Program-made: the position numbers and the translations under genes
Source: an uncultured archaeon
Lineage (GTDB): Archaea > Aenigmatarchaeota > Aenigmatarchaeia > GW2011-AR5
Assembly: GCA_964599215.1 (NCBI GenBank)
Contig: CAZRDV010000001.1
Coordinates: forward strand, 55,615-119,614
Reading direction: 5' to 3'
Length of the DNA: 64,000 bases
Part shown: positions 47,948-57,742 of the stretch, piece after piece
Numbering within the stretch: position 1 is the first letter of the stretch
Layout: each line of letters starts with the position of its first letter
The notes under the pieces: generated by a model
Told to the model about the DNA's origin: nothing
The model's input: only the letters and a program-made list of their open reading frames with translations
Databases searched by the model: none

Positions 47948-48909
47948 TTGATATGGGCGAAAAGGCAGATAATGATATAAGCGTAGAAGACCTTCCTGGA
48001 ATTGGGCCAAAGGGTGCACAGAAACTAAAGGAAGCAGGCTATGAAGACCTGATGAGCATTGCTGCTGCTTCTTCCGGCGAGCTAGCAAGTGTCTGTGAAA
48101 TAGGCGATGCAACTGCAGAGAAGATAATAGCAGCTGCACGTTCGAAACTAGACATGGGTTTCAAGACAGCAGAGGATGTCCTGGAGAAGAGGAAGGAGAT
48201 CGGAAAGATAACCACTGGCAGCAAGTCGTTAGATGCATTGCTTGGTGGTGGTGTTGAAACAAAGGCAATAACAGAGGGTTTTGGTGCATTTGGTTCTGGA
48301 AAAACCCAGCTGGGTTTCCAGCTGGCAGTTAATGTGCAGATGCCAAAAGAGAAAGGCGGTCTGAATGGCCGTTGTATTTTTATCGATACCGAGAGCACGT
48401 TCAGGCCTGAAAGGATTGCGCAGGTAGCAGAGGCATCTGGACTGGATTCGAAAAAGGTTCTGAAGAATATTTACATTGCAAAGGCGTTCAACTCAGATCA
48501 TCAGATTGTTCTTGTGGACAAGGCAAAAGACATAATAAAGGAAAAGAACATCAGGCTTATTATTATCGACTCGCTTATGTCGCATTTCAGATCAGATTAT
48601 ACCGGCCGGGGTGAGCTTGCTCCAAGGCAGCAGAAGCTGAACAGGCATTTGCATGCGCTGCAGAAAATAGCTGATGTTAACAACATTGCAGTTTACGTAA
48701 CAAACCAGGTAATGTCAAGGCCTGACATTCTTTTCGGAGACCCGACAACTGCAATAGGTGGGCACGTCCTAGGGCATGCTTCCACGTTCCGTCTCTACCT
48801 GAGAAAAAGCAAGGCGAACACAAGGATATGCAGGCTTATCGACTCGCCGTCACTGCCAGAGGGCGAGGCAGTATTCATCGTAACAGAAAAAGGACTGGAA
48901 GATAAGTAA
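47944..48909 (+). CDS. radA: DNA repair and recombination protein RadA
   Basis: HhH N-terminal domain, Walker [10 protein letters not shown], Walker B LIIIDS. 321 aa. Confidence 0.95.
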   Translation: MIDMGEKADNDISVEDLPGIGPKGAQKLKEAGYEDLMSIAAASSGELASVCEIGDATAEKIIAAARSKLDMGFKTAEDVLEKRKEIGKITTGSKSLDALLGGGVETKAITEGFGAFGSGKTQLGFQLAVNVQMPKEKGGLNGRCIFIDTESTFRPERIAQVAEASGLDSKKVLKNIYIAKAFNSDHQIVLVDKAKDIIKEKNIRLIIIDSLMSHFRSDYTGRGELAPRQQKLNRHLHALQKIADVNNIAVYVTNQVMSRPDILFGDPTTAIGGHVLGHASTFRLYLRKSKANTRICRLIDSPSLPEGEAVFIVTEKGLEDK

Positions 48910-48911
48910 CC

Positions 48912-48930
48912 ATTTCTTATGTTAGGGATA
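48912..48930. repeat. 19-nt element ATTTCTTATGTTAGGGATA, copy 1 (identical copy at 49317..49335)
   Basis: Exact 19/19 identity read in the sequence. Lies about 22 nt downstream of the PRC-barrel gene stop. Confidence 0.8.
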
Positions 48931-48953
48931 GATAACAGGTTTTAAAGAAAAAA

Positions 48954-49214
48954 TCAAACAATCTCCTTCTCAGAAACTATTACGAAGTCTCCTATGCTCC
49001 TTACTGAAGAAAACGGTACAAGGAGCCTGTTGTTTCCGTCTCTCTCAAGGTTCAGGTCAGAGCTGTGCTTTGTTGGCTCTACCAGAACAACGCTTATCAG
49101 CTCGCCTGTCTCAGCAGCGAAGTTTATATCGCCGACAACACCGAACTTCCTGCCAGTCTCTTCAGAAACAACAACCTTTCCAAGAACTTCCTTTCCCCTG
49201 TTTTGAATCATCAA
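48954..49214 (-). CDS. PRC-barrel domain protein
   Basis: 86 aa. GKVVVSEETGRKFGVVGDINF...LLVPFSSV is typical of small archaeal PRC-barrel proteins. Flanked by identical 19-nt direct repeats. Confidence 0.55.
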   Translation of the reverse strand: MMIQNRGKEVLGKVVVSEETGRKFGVVGDINFAAETGELISVVLVEPTKHSSDLNLERDGNNRLLVPFSSVRSIGDFVIVSEKEIV

Positions 49215-49316
49215 ATCACTTATTATAATTCAACCCAAAATTTAAATAGATTCTTTATCTTGGTTTTTATTTTAAAACCGGTTTTTCCAGGCATTTAACA
49301 TTACAGGAGCATCACG

Positions 49317-49335
49317 ATTTCTTATGTTAGGGATA
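49317..49335. repeat. 19-nt element ATTTCTTATGTTAGGGATA, copy 2
   Basis: Exact copy, immediately downstream of the AAA+ gene stop codon (49336). Confidence 0.8.
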
Positions 49336-50577
49336 TCAGGCCTTTACAACAAGGGTCCTGATTCTCGGCGAGAGCTGATAAACAAAGGTCTTCTCTGTTT
49401 TTCTCCTTTCAACAAGCTCCTCGTTCATCATCTCCTTCAGTACGTTGTTTACTGACCTAACTGCATGCTGCCGTGTTTTGTATTTCTCTAGGTTCAGTGA
49501 ATCAGCAAGCTGCCCAGGTGTCATAGGCTTGATAAGCAGTTCTGATATCTTCCTCTTCAGCGGTGTCATTTTCTCCAGAAGCCTAAGGGATGGTGCTTTT
49601 TCCTTTTTCTCATCAAACAGCTCAGTACTTATTTTGTCCGCTCCTTCTGCTATTGCCTTGTTCATGAGCTCATTGCAGAGCCTTATGACCTCCCTCGGGA
49701 AGCCTCCTGTTCTCTCATAAATAAGGTTTATGGTAGCTTCGTCAAACGGGCCTGGAAAAGAGCCGCCGACCTTTTCAATCCTTTTTTTTATCATCTCGCC
49801 GGTTTCTTCTTTTGTTAGGGATAAAAGCTCTATTCTGGCCATTATTCTCTTTCTGAGTGTCTCCAACTCGCTCAGGTTCTCCTCAAATATAGGCAGCGCA
49901 GACAGCACTATGAATAGATTATCAACCTGGTCGCTAAGGACCCTGAGCCATTCCAGCACGCTCTTCTCTGACTCATGGGCCTCATCTAGGAGGATTATCA
50001 GTCTCTTCTGACTAAGCTTCTTATTTAAAAAGCCTGGTATTGAGTTCAGGTTTCTTATGTGAGGGATAAACAGCCTCAGAATTCTCATTAAAAAGTTTGG
50101 CTTAAAATGCTCATTAAAAATATCAATAAATTCTGCTGAATTGGCTGGCGGCTTTCCTATATAAATGATGTCATAGCTGTCTTGCAGTTTAAAAGCAAGC
50201 CATCTTAGAAGGCTTGTCTTTCCAGAGCCTGTTGGGCCAAGAACCAGGCTCAGTTTATGCCTTTCTTCTATAGCCCTTATAATTCCTGTTTTTTCCTCTT
50301 CATAACCAACAAAAATAGAGGGTTCTATGCTTAATGTAAAAGGGTTTTCTGAGCACCCGAATGCCTGAAAAAACTCCTTTGTCGTCTTTTCTGGCTTTTC
50401 TGTTGGTTTTACCCTAGCTTCAGATGGTGGTTCTTGCCTTATCTGCTTGTCAGGCTCAGAAGGGCTGTCAGCTGGCTGGGGGGTCATTTTCGAAGGGTGG
50501 GTTTTTCCTGTTGGAGTTTCATCATCAGCAGAATTTTGCGTTTTTTGATCATTTTCTTCCATGTTACTTATTATCAA
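49336..50577 (-). CDS. AAA+ ATPase with C-terminal winged helix (Orc1/Cdc6-like or archaeal ATPase PF01637-like); family unresolved
   Basis: About 100-aa low-complexity P/E/K/T N-terminus, then NPF...FVGYEEE...LVLGPTGSGKTSLLRWL (Walker A), Walker B IILLDEAHE, and a C-terminal winged-helix-like domain. Confidence 0.7.
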   Translation of the reverse strand: MIISNMEENDQKTQNSADDETPTGKTHPSKMTPQPADSPSEPDKQIRQEPPSEARVKPTEKPEKTTKEFFQAFGCSENPFTLSIEPSIFVGYEEEKTGIIRAIEERHKLSLVLGPTGSGKTSLLRWLAFKLQDSYDIIYIGKPPANSAEFIDIFNEHFKPNFLMRILRLFIPHIRNLNSIPGFLNKKLSQKRLIILLDEAHESEKSVLEWLRVLSDQVDNLFIVLSALPIFEENLSELETLRKRIMARIELLSLTKEETGEMIKKRIEKVGGSFPGPFDEATINLIYERTGGFPREVIRLCNELMNKAIAEGADKISTELFDEKKEKAPSLRLLEKMTPLKRKISELLIKPMTPGQLADSLNLEKYKTRQHAVRSVNNVLKEMMNEELVERRKTEKTFVYQLSPRIRTLVVKA

Positions 50578-51156
50578 TACTGCTGAATATAAAGATTTTG
50601 ATATTCAACTTCACGGATGTTCATCTAACTTCACGAGAAATAAGAGCAACTTCACGAACAACTTCACGAAAACCTTCATATTTCATATGAAGTTCACCAT
50701 GAATTCATATGAAGTTGTTAAAACTAATATGAAGTTCATGAAGGGTATATGAAGCTAGGATGAAGCCCCAAAAGCCTAAAGTGAGTGTTTTACTATCTAT
50801 TTTAGTTGTAGTAAGAGTCTAAATGTGAGTTTTGAGTGTTATAATAATTGGGTCTGTATATTTGTAATAATTTGTTCAAATAACTTCATGGTATGTTCAT
50901 AGAATGTTCACGGACCTTCACAGACCTTCACGGAATGTTCATGAAGGTCAATATGAACTTCATATGAAGTTCATTCATGTCTCACATTTTGTGAGCTTTT
51001 TGAGCTTATTTGTGAGGCTTGAGAGTGGTTTAACTAAGAAAAAATAAATCGAAATCAATTCTAAAAAAGACTGATAATCGATATATGTCCTTTTCAGCCT
51101 TTAAAAGATATCATCTGGTCTTTAAAGACTGGAAAATACGGCTATGAGTACTGCCA
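50578..51156. repeat. Repeat-dense intergenic region (AACTTCACG x4, TTCACGGA/TTCACAGA x3, CATATGAAGTT x3, palindrome AACTTCATATGAAGTT)
   Basis: Read directly in the sequence at 50600-50770 and 50880-50990. Also CTCACATTTTGTGAG palindrome at about 50981. Confidence 0.7.
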
Positions 51157-51459
51157 CTACCCGTAGTGGTTCATTAATTTAAGCAGCCTTAGTATCTTAT
51201 CAAGGCTATCGCCTTGCTGAAGCCTCTCAATAACAAATGGCTTTAGCTTTATTACCCTTAGAAGCGGTTTGCCTGTTCCTCCTAGGCTAACATCTTCTAC
51301 CAAGGGCTTCAGTAGCGTATCTATATACTTGGCAACAGTAGAGTGGTGGATTCCTGTTTCCTCAGCTATTCTTCTGAGCCAGATTCCATCTGGATGGTTA
51401 GCTAAGACACTAATAATAGCTGTGATTTTCTTCTTATCAAAGCCCTTTTTCCTGCCCAT
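51157..51459 (-). CDS. Small winged-helix DNA-binding protein
   Basis: 100 aa with helix-turn-helix-like GIWLRRIAEETGIHHSTVAKYIDTL. Confidence 0.5.
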   Translation of the reverse strand: MGRKKGFDKKKITAIISVLANHPDGIWLRRIAEETGIHHSTVAKYIDTLLKPLVEDVSLGGTGKPLLRVIKLKPFVIERLQQGDSLDKILRLLKLMNHYG

Positions 51460-51607
51460 ATAGCCTCACATAGAATAAATTAGCCAGCTGGCTATATAAA
51501 GTTTATCTCTGGCAAAACAAGCCAAAATACGAAGAATTTGATGGATTTATACTGAATAAAGGCCGTAATCAAGAGGTCTCACATAGCCTTATGATAAGAT
51601 ATTTGAT

Positions 51608-52831
51608 TTAGCTCTCTGGAAATACGAAGTCTTTCGGCACAACTACAATGCCTGAATTCTCCACATGGAGCCCCCTGCTTTTATCGTAGTCCATATCATA
51701 ACCTATTTCTGTGCCTGCAGGTATTGTAACGTATTTGTCTACTATGGTTCTTCTTAATCTGGCATTCTTTCCAACCTGAACACCGGTAAACAGTATGGAT
51801 TCGACTATTTCTGAATTCTCTATACATACATCTGGGGAGATAATTGAATATGAGACTGTAGAATTCTTTCCGCTCACTATAGAACCATCTGAAAGATGCG
51901 AGTGATCCACATTACCGTCTAAGACCTTAGCAGGTGGATTTGGTATATTGAATGTATGTATTGGCCATAATTCCCCATAGACATCAAAAAGCGGTTCATC
52001 CTTAACCAGGTCCATGTTGGCTTCAAAAAAAGCATCTACTGTACCTATATCTTTCCAATATTCAGAATCTTTTATACGTTCCTTGCGTATCTTTTTTCGT
52101 ATACCGTCTTCATTTAGTAAATAAACATAGTCTTCTATAATGTTTTCTTTTGTATAATCATAGCCGTATGTACTGTATCTATTAAGATTGTTTCGTATTA
52201 TATCTTTACCAAAGTCATCACCTCCTCTTTCAAAGGCATCGTTCAGTACATTGGCATTGAAGATATATACACCCATTGAACCTAGTATACTGCCAGACTC
52301 AGGCGGTGTATCTGGTTTCTCTTCAAAGTGTGTTACTTCGTTGTTGCTATCTATCTCAAGGCACCCAAATCTCGATGCGTCTTCCTTTGGGATCTCTATT
52401 GCTGATATTGTTACATCTGCTTTTTTTCTTCTATGGAAGTCGAGCATTCTGCTGTAATCCATCTTATAGATATGGTCTGCACACAGTATCATAACATAAT
52501 CAGCGTCGCCCATGCGTTGTGTATTCTGCCTTACTGCGTCTGCTGAACCTCTATACCATTCCTCTTCAGGTGATCTTGTATATACCAAATGACTCCATCC
52601 ATCCTGAAGGTGATATGATAGAGATTCCTTCTTTGCTTGTATAATAACAACAGGCTTGATTGCCAATGGTAGGTTTGATTTTTCCTTAGAATTCTGGATA
52701 TTGCTTAGTACAAAATCTATGATTCTATATTTACCAGCAAAGGGAACAGCTGGTTTTGTCCTTTTTATTGTCAGAGGCCCGAGTCGCTCCCCAGGTCCTC
52801 CGGCAAGTACGTATGCCATTACGTCGTACAT
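51608..52831 (-). CDS. glgC: Glucose-1-phosphate adenylyltransferase-like nucleotidyltransferase (GlgC family)
   Basis: N-terminus AYVLAGGPGERLGPLT..PAVPFAGKYRIIDFVLSN and a C-terminal left-handed beta-helix region. Confidence 0.75.
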   Translation of the reverse strand: MYDVMAYVLAGGPGERLGPLTIKRTKPAVPFAGKYRIIDFVLSNIQNSKEKSNLPLAIKPVVIIQAKKESLSYHLQDGWSHLVYTRSPEEEWYRGSADAVRQNTQRMGDADYVMILCADHIYKMDYSRMLDFHRRKKADVTISAIEIPKEDASRFGCLEIDSNNEVTHFEEKPDTPPESGSILGSMGVYIFNANVLNDAFERGGDDFGKDIIRNNLNRYSTYGYDYTKENIIEDYVYLLNEDGIRKKIRKERIKDSEYWKDIGTVDAFFEANMDLVKDEPLFDVYGELWPIHTFNIPNPPAKVLDGNVDHSHLSDGSIVSGKNSTVSYSIISPDVCIENSEIVESILFTGVQVGKNARLRRTIVDKYVTIPAGTEIGYDMDYDKSRGLHVENSGIVVVPKDFVFPES

Positions 52832-52970
52832 AATCCTACAGGAAATAGAGTCCTATAAAAGGTCTTAAAGATAGTTATAGGCTTTCTAGACTGCTTTATA
52901 GCTATGCTTCTGCTGTTTCTTGCACAACTTCCCAAATAGACTTAAATTGTTTCGCATTTTCATAGTTTCT

Positions 52971-53507
52971 ATGAGGTGTTTTGTTGCTGTTGATGTGCCT
53001 GAAGAAATAAAAGCGAAAATACAGGAGGCTCAGAGGCAGTTTTCTAATTTCGACGCCAAATTAGTAGAACTAAAGAATTTACACTTTACGCTGAAGTTTT
53101 TAGGCGATATCAATGAAGAGCAGGTAGAAGAAGCAGGGGAGAAGTTATCTGCTGTTGCTAATAATACTTCTTCGTTTACTGTTTTGCTTAATGGAATGGG
53201 TGCGTTTCCTAGTTTATCCTACATAAGGGTTGTCTGGATTGACGCTGTTTCTGATAATTTCCTTAACCTACACAAGGCAGTTGCTGATGCTTTGAAGGGT
53301 ATCGGAAAACCTGAGTCTGCTCCGCACCTGACTGTTGTACGAATACGTTCGCCGCGCAACAAGGAAACAATAGCCAGGATAATAAAGAGGTATGAAAAAG
53401 AGGCATTTGGCTCCATGCTTGTAGACAGAATAATCCTGAAAAAATCGACGCTGACTCCAAGAGGGCCGGTATACGAAAATCTGAGGATTTTTGAGTTGGG
53501 TAAATGA
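52971..53507 (+). CDS. thpR: RNA 2',3'-cyclic phosphodiesterase (2H phosphoesterase, LigT/ThpR family)
   Basis: Two H-x-T/S-x motifs (LHFTLKFLG and PHLTVVR). Start set at the internal Met MRCFVAVDV. Confidence 0.75.
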   Translation: MRCFVAVDVPEEIKAKIQEAQRQFSNFDAKLVELKNLHFTLKFLGDINEEQVEEAGEKLSAVANNTSSFTVLLNGMGAFPSLSYIRVVWIDAVSDNFLNLHKAVADALKGIGKPESAPHLTVVRIRSPRNKETIARIIKRYEKEAFGSMLVDRIILKKSTLTPRGPVYENLRIFELGK

Positions 53508-53866
53508 TATCTGATTCACAGCTTATGAAGCTGTCTTTTGCGATTGCTGTTATAGGCGTACTAAGCTTATTTGTCATTGTCCAGTTAATAGAGCCCTTGT
53601 CCGTAAGAATAGGGGAGATAAACGAGGGTATGAGCGGGCAACTAATCATGACAGAGGGCACGGTTAGCTCTCTTTCCACGGTAAATGGTAATGTTTTTCT
53701 GACACTGTCAGACAATGGTGAGATAAAAGTAGTGATTTTCAGTAAAGACGCAGGGAAAAACAATGCCTATGAATTAAAGAACAATGATAAAATAAGAATA
53801 GAGGGCAGGGTTTCCATCTACGAAAACGAATTAGAAATAATAGCAGAGAAAATAGAGAAAATATAA
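53504..53866 (+). CDS. Hypothetical membrane-anchored OB-fold-like protein
   Basis: N-terminal TM helix, then a beta-rich about 90-aa domain. Overlaps the thpR stop. Confidence 0.4.
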   Translation: MISDSQLMKLSFAIAVIGVLSLFVIVQLIEPLSVRIGEINEGMSGQLIMTEGTVSSLSTVNGNVFLTLSDNGEIKVVIFSKDAGKNNAYELKNNDKIRIEGRVSIYENELEIIAEKIEKI

Positions 53867-53891
53867 AAGCAGGAAAAACAAATCATTAGTT

Positions 53892-54635
53892 ATGAAGGCC
53901 ATAGTATTGGCAGGCGGGTTTGCCAAAAGGCTCTGGCCGCTGACACTGAACAAGGCAAAGCCGTTGCTTGATATCGGCGGAAAGCCGATAATAAACTACG
54001 TAATAGAAAAACTGGAAGGAATGGATGAAATAGAAGAAATCTTTGTTTCTACCAATGCAAAATTTGACCAGGCATTTAGAAAATGGCTTGATAAATACAA
54101 GTTCAAGAAGGTAAGGGTGGTTATAGAAGAGACGCGCAGCGAGGAAGAGAAGCTGGGGGCAATAGGAGGGATTACTTTTGTTCTTGAGAGGGAAAAAATA
54201 GACGATGACTGCCTTATAGTAGCTGGTGATAATATACTTGGTTTTGAGGTTTCTGATTTTCTGGATTTCTACAGAGGAAGGGAAGCTCCGGTAATCGCAT
54301 TATTCGATGTCAAGGATCTTGAAAAAGCAAAAATATATGGAATAGTTGGAATGGATGATAACAAAAAGATAGTTGATTTCGTGGAAAAGCCGAAGGAACC
54401 AAAATCTACTCTGGCAAGCATCTGCTGTTACGTATTCCCGAAAAATACAATAGAGCTATTTCCAGAATATCTCAAAAGCGGTAATTCAAAAGACGCCCCA
54501 GGCTTCTTCCTGCAGTGGTTGGTTAAGAAAAAGGATGTCTTTGGCTTTGTTTTCAGCAACTACTGGTTTGATATAGGCTCTTTTGAATCGCTGGAAGAGG
54601 CAAGAGGTTTCATGAATAATGCTCAGTCTACTTAA
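53892..54635 (+). CDS. Sugar-phosphate nucleotidyltransferase (NTP_transferase family)
   Basis: MKAIVLAGGFAKRLWPLT..KPLL signature at the N-terminus. 247 aa. Confidence 0.85.
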   Translation: MKAIVLAGGFAKRLWPLTLNKAKPLLDIGGKPIINYVIEKLEGMDEIEEIFVSTNAKFDQAFRKWLDKYKFKKVRVVIEETRSEEEKLGAIGGITFVLEREKIDDDCLIVAGDNILGFEVSDFLDFYRGREAPVIALFDVKDLEKAKIYGIVGMDDNKKIVDFVEKPKEPKSTLASICCYVFPKNTIELFPEYLKSGNSKDAPGFFLQWLVKKKDVFGFVFSNYWFDIGSFESLEEARGFMNNAQST

Positions 54636-54930
54636 AAATTAGATAATATAGAGAGTATTTCAATTTCGGCGGTTTCTTGGATATTGAAGAAGATCTAAAG
54701 GGCTTCTTTTTACTTATTTCCTTGGGTCTGATGAATACTTTATTTTTTTGTGTCTTATGTATACCATTTACCGCAATTCAAATTTTTTACACTTAATTGT
54801 TTTATAATTTTTATCAAGTAAATCCTCAAAAAGTACGTACGTGATTCTACTTTTTATATCCTTAATCTTATTCCTTCTTTTCTTGCAAATTTCCTAATTT
54901 TATCTGGTATCTCGAATTCAATTCTCATGG

Positions 54931-56304
54931 TTATTCACTGTTTACAATCCCTTCTTCCAAAATCTTTGAGAACTTATCTTTCAATTCCTCGAATCCTTTT
55001 TCATCGTCAGCTTCTACTGTAAGCCGTATCTTTGGTTCGGTGTTCGATGCGCGGAGCAATATCCAGCCATTGTCAAAATCTATCCTTATACCGTCTATTG
55101 TGTTTATGTTTTTGTATTCTTTCAGGAATTCTTCCTTTATTTTATCAATAACAGAGAATTTCTTGTTATCAGGGCATTTGAAATTAATCCTGTCAAACGG
55201 ATATGCCTTTATTTTGTCGACTATTTCTGAGAGTTTCTCGTCTTTACCGGATAAAACAACTGCTGCGTATAAGCTGACTGCCATGGAATCGTCATACGGA
55301 ACCAGGGATGGTATTATGTAATGGCCTGAGGATTCCACACCAAAGCATGCTTTATTTTTGTGCGCCTCGCTTACAATATATGGGTGGCCGACTCTTACGC
55401 GTAGAACCTCTCTGCCGAACTGCTTTGCTATAGCATCCAGTACGCGCGAGCACTCTACATTAGCGATTATAGGGCCTTGCTCTTTTTTTAACAGCTCTGA
55501 AAGTATCAGAAAAGACACCTGCTCTGGCGTAAGCTTTCTGCCCTTGTCATCAATAAGAACCATTCTATCTGCATCGCCATCATAGGCAATACCTAAATCT
55601 GCCTTTTCTGCCTCCTTCTTCAGCACTGTCAGCGGGTCTTCCTCTGGTTCTGGGCTCCTGTTTGGAAAGGTCCCGTCTAGTTCATCAAAAATAGGAACAA
55701 CAGAAAATCCTGCTCTCTCAAACAAATCCTTGACAAACAAAGCTGCCATGCCATTGCCGCAATCTAAGACCACTTTTAGTTTTTTATCTGCGTGAATGCT
55801 GAGAAGGTGGTTCTTATACTCTTCGATGACCTGACTACTTTCTAGATTAGAGATATTGCCTACTGCCTTGCCTGATTTGATATCTCCTTTTAAGAAATCG
55901 CCCCTGATTCTGAAGTTCTCCTCTTCAACAAAGCCCTCTCCGTTTGGATGAAAGAACTTTACGCCATTCCACCCCTTTGGCAGGTGTGAAGCAGTTATGT
56001 AAGCAAGTGTCTTGTAATGCTGAATTGCGTAGAACATTGCAGCTCCCATTGGTACTAGACCAAGGTCGATAATGTCGCTGCCTGCCGCTGTCACGCCAGT
56101 GGCAAAGGCATTTTTCAAGCCTTTGCTAGACAACCGCATGTCCATTGCAACGACAATATTTTTAGCACTGCCTACAAGACAACTGCCTATTCTCTCCGTT
56201 ATGCCTTCGTCAATATCCTTTTTGTAAATGCCTCGTATATCATAAGAACGGAAGATATGGGAGAATTTTCCCGGGTCCTTTTCATGCATAATCTTATATT
56301 CCAT
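54931..56304 (-). CDS. Phosphoglucomutase/phosphomannomutase family protein
   Basis: Active-site region TASHLPKGWNGVKF (phosphoserine loop) and Mg-binding DGDADR. 457 aa. Confidence 0.85.
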   Translation of the reverse strand: MEYKIMHEKDPGKFSHIFRSYDIRGIYKKDIDEGITERIGSCLVGSAKNIVVAMDMRLSSKGLKNAFATGVTAAGSDIIDLGLVPMGAAMFYAIQHYKTLAYITASHLPKGWNGVKFFHPNGEGFVEEENFRIRGDFLKGDIKSGKAVGNISNLESSQVIEEYKNHLLSIHADKKLKVVLDCGNGMAALFVKDLFERAGFSVVPIFDELDGTFPNRSPEPEEDPLTVLKKEAEKADLGIAYDGDADRMVLIDDKGRKLTPEQVSFLILSELLKKEQGPIIANVECSRVLDAIAKQFGREVLRVRVGHPYIVSEAHKNKACFGVESSGHYIIPSLVPYDDSMAVSLYAAVVLSGKDEKLSEIVDKIKAYPFDRINFKCPDNKKFSVIDKIKEEFLKEYKNINTIDGIRIDFDNGWILLRASNTEPKIRLTVEADDEKGFEELKDKFSKILEEGIVNSE

Positions 56305-56322
56305 GGCAACAATTAAAAGAGT

Positions 56323-57474
56323 ATGTTAGGCAGTATGAAAAAGAAGATAGCAAGGCGTGTCATATGGGGCATGAACATGAAAAAGGGCGAGTCCCTTTTT
56401 CTAAGGGGAGGCTCGCATGAACAGGAACTGATAGAGGAGATGGCAATAACTGCAATGAAGCAGGGAAACGATGTGATGACAGGCATGGGTTCTGACGAGC
56501 TTGCAAAGCGGGTTTATTCTGAGATTCCGATGCCTTACATCAAAAGGACTTCAAAGCTTTCCATGAAGCTCATGGAAGCTCTAAACAACTACGTTGGTAT
56601 AGAGAAACTAAAAGATCCTAGGATTGCTGAGAAATTCCCGCCTAAGAAAATAGCTGCCTCGCAACAGGCAAATGAACCAATACAAAAGAAGATAGAAAAA
56701 TACAAAATAAAGACGTGCGTTGTTGGTTACCCAACAAAAGAAATGGCAGGCAAGCTTAACATAAAATTCGCTCTGCTGGAAAAATTTATTCTCAACGGCA
56801 TGCTGATAAGCTACAAGGACCTTATGAAAAAGGCAGGCTTCCTATACAAGAATCTTGTAAACGCTGAGTACGTACGTGCCTATGATGAATACGGAACAGA
56901 TCTTAAACTCCGTGTAAAGAACAGGCGGCCGCTTGTTGATGACGGCTTCATAAGCAATGCTGACATAAAGAATGGTGATCTTCACAGCAATCTTCCGTGC
57001 GGAGAGCTTTTCCTTGCGCCTGTAGAGACGTACGGCGAGGGTGTTCTTGTATCGCCAAAAAGAACTGATGTCTATACAGGCAAGATGATAGAAAACATAA
57101 GGCTTGTGTTTGAAAAAGGAAGGCTTAACCTGAAAAAGACCAGGGCTGAAAAAAATGAAAGGGCGCTGAAGACGACTCTTAAAAATTCCATGGCTGTTGA
57201 CAGGAAGCTGTACAAAAAAGTAAGGACGATAAATGTTGCTGAGCTTGGCATTGGCATGAATCCTGTAATAGACAAAATAATCGGTTATCTGCTGTCAGAC
57301 GAAAAGATAGGCGGGACAATACATGTGGCAATAGGGGAGAACTACAGGTTCCCGAACGGGAGAAGCCGCTCATGCCTGCACTGGGATTTCATAAGCAACA
57401 AGGGGATAAATCTCTCTGCGGTATCCGGCAAAAAAGAAAAAATTATAATTGAGAATGGCAAATGCTGTTTTTGA
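56323..57474 (+). CDS. Aminopeptidase-like protein (possibly M29/AmpS family)
   Basis: 383-aa ORF. The family call is by size and general pattern only and is weak. Confidence 0.4.
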   Translation: MLGSMKKKIARRVIWGMNMKKGESLFLRGGSHEQELIEEMAITAMKQGNDVMTGMGSDELAKRVYSEIPMPYIKRTSKLSMKLMEALNNYVGIEKLKDPRIAEKFPPKKIAASQQANEPIQKKIEKYKIKTCVVGYPTKEMAGKLNIKFALLEKFILNGMLISYKDLMKKAGFLYKNLVNAEYVRAYDEYGTDLKLRVKNRRPLVDDGFISNADIKNGDLHSNLPCGELFLAPVETYGEGVLVSPKRTDVYTGKMIENIRLVFEKGRLNLKKTRAEKNERALKTTLKNSMAVDRKLYKKVRTINVAELGIGMNPVIDKIIGYLLSDEKIGGTIHVAIGENYRFPNGRSRSCLHWDFISNKGINLSAVSGKKEKIIIENGKCCF

Positions 57475-57742
57475 TTGGTAATAGTTCTTTAGAAATTGTT
57501 TCTAATTTTTTAGAAAACTTTATATATAACTTAATGATAATTATGATTGGTGAATTGAAAATGGCAAAGAAGAGAAAGAAGAAGAAATAAACCAAAAACT
57601 GAGCATTGAGCGATGATGTGAAAAGCTAAACCTTATATCCTATTTTGTGGGAATTTCTGTGGGGATGTAGATATTTAAATAATGATGGGGTCTAGTAATT
57701 TAAATTTGTTCTACTGTTAGAATAGACGTTAGTGGTAGCAGT

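Noticed and set aside
48912-49335. 19-nt direct repeats as target-site duplication of an IS or transposon carrying the PRC-barrel gene
   Set aside because: No transposase, integrase or terminal inverted repeats lie between the copies. The repeats sit exactly at gene 3' ends and related variants occur elsewhere, favouring a regulatory or processing motif.
49336-50577. Confident Orc1/Cdc6 annotation
   Set aside because: The P-loop context (NPF, GxxGxGKTSLL) fits the PF01637 archaeal ATPase family at least as well. Kept as ambiguous.
50578-51156. Possible CRISPR array suggested by the many short repeats
   Set aside because: Repeat units are 8-16 nt with irregular spacing and mixed orientations. 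There are no uniform 25-40-nt repeat/spacer units and no cas genes nearby.
57560-57600. Lys-rich mini-ORF (MAKKRKKKK, or 15 aa with the upstream Met), reminiscent of ribosomal protein L41e
   Set aside because: Far too short and simple. Most likely just an A/G-rich spacer.
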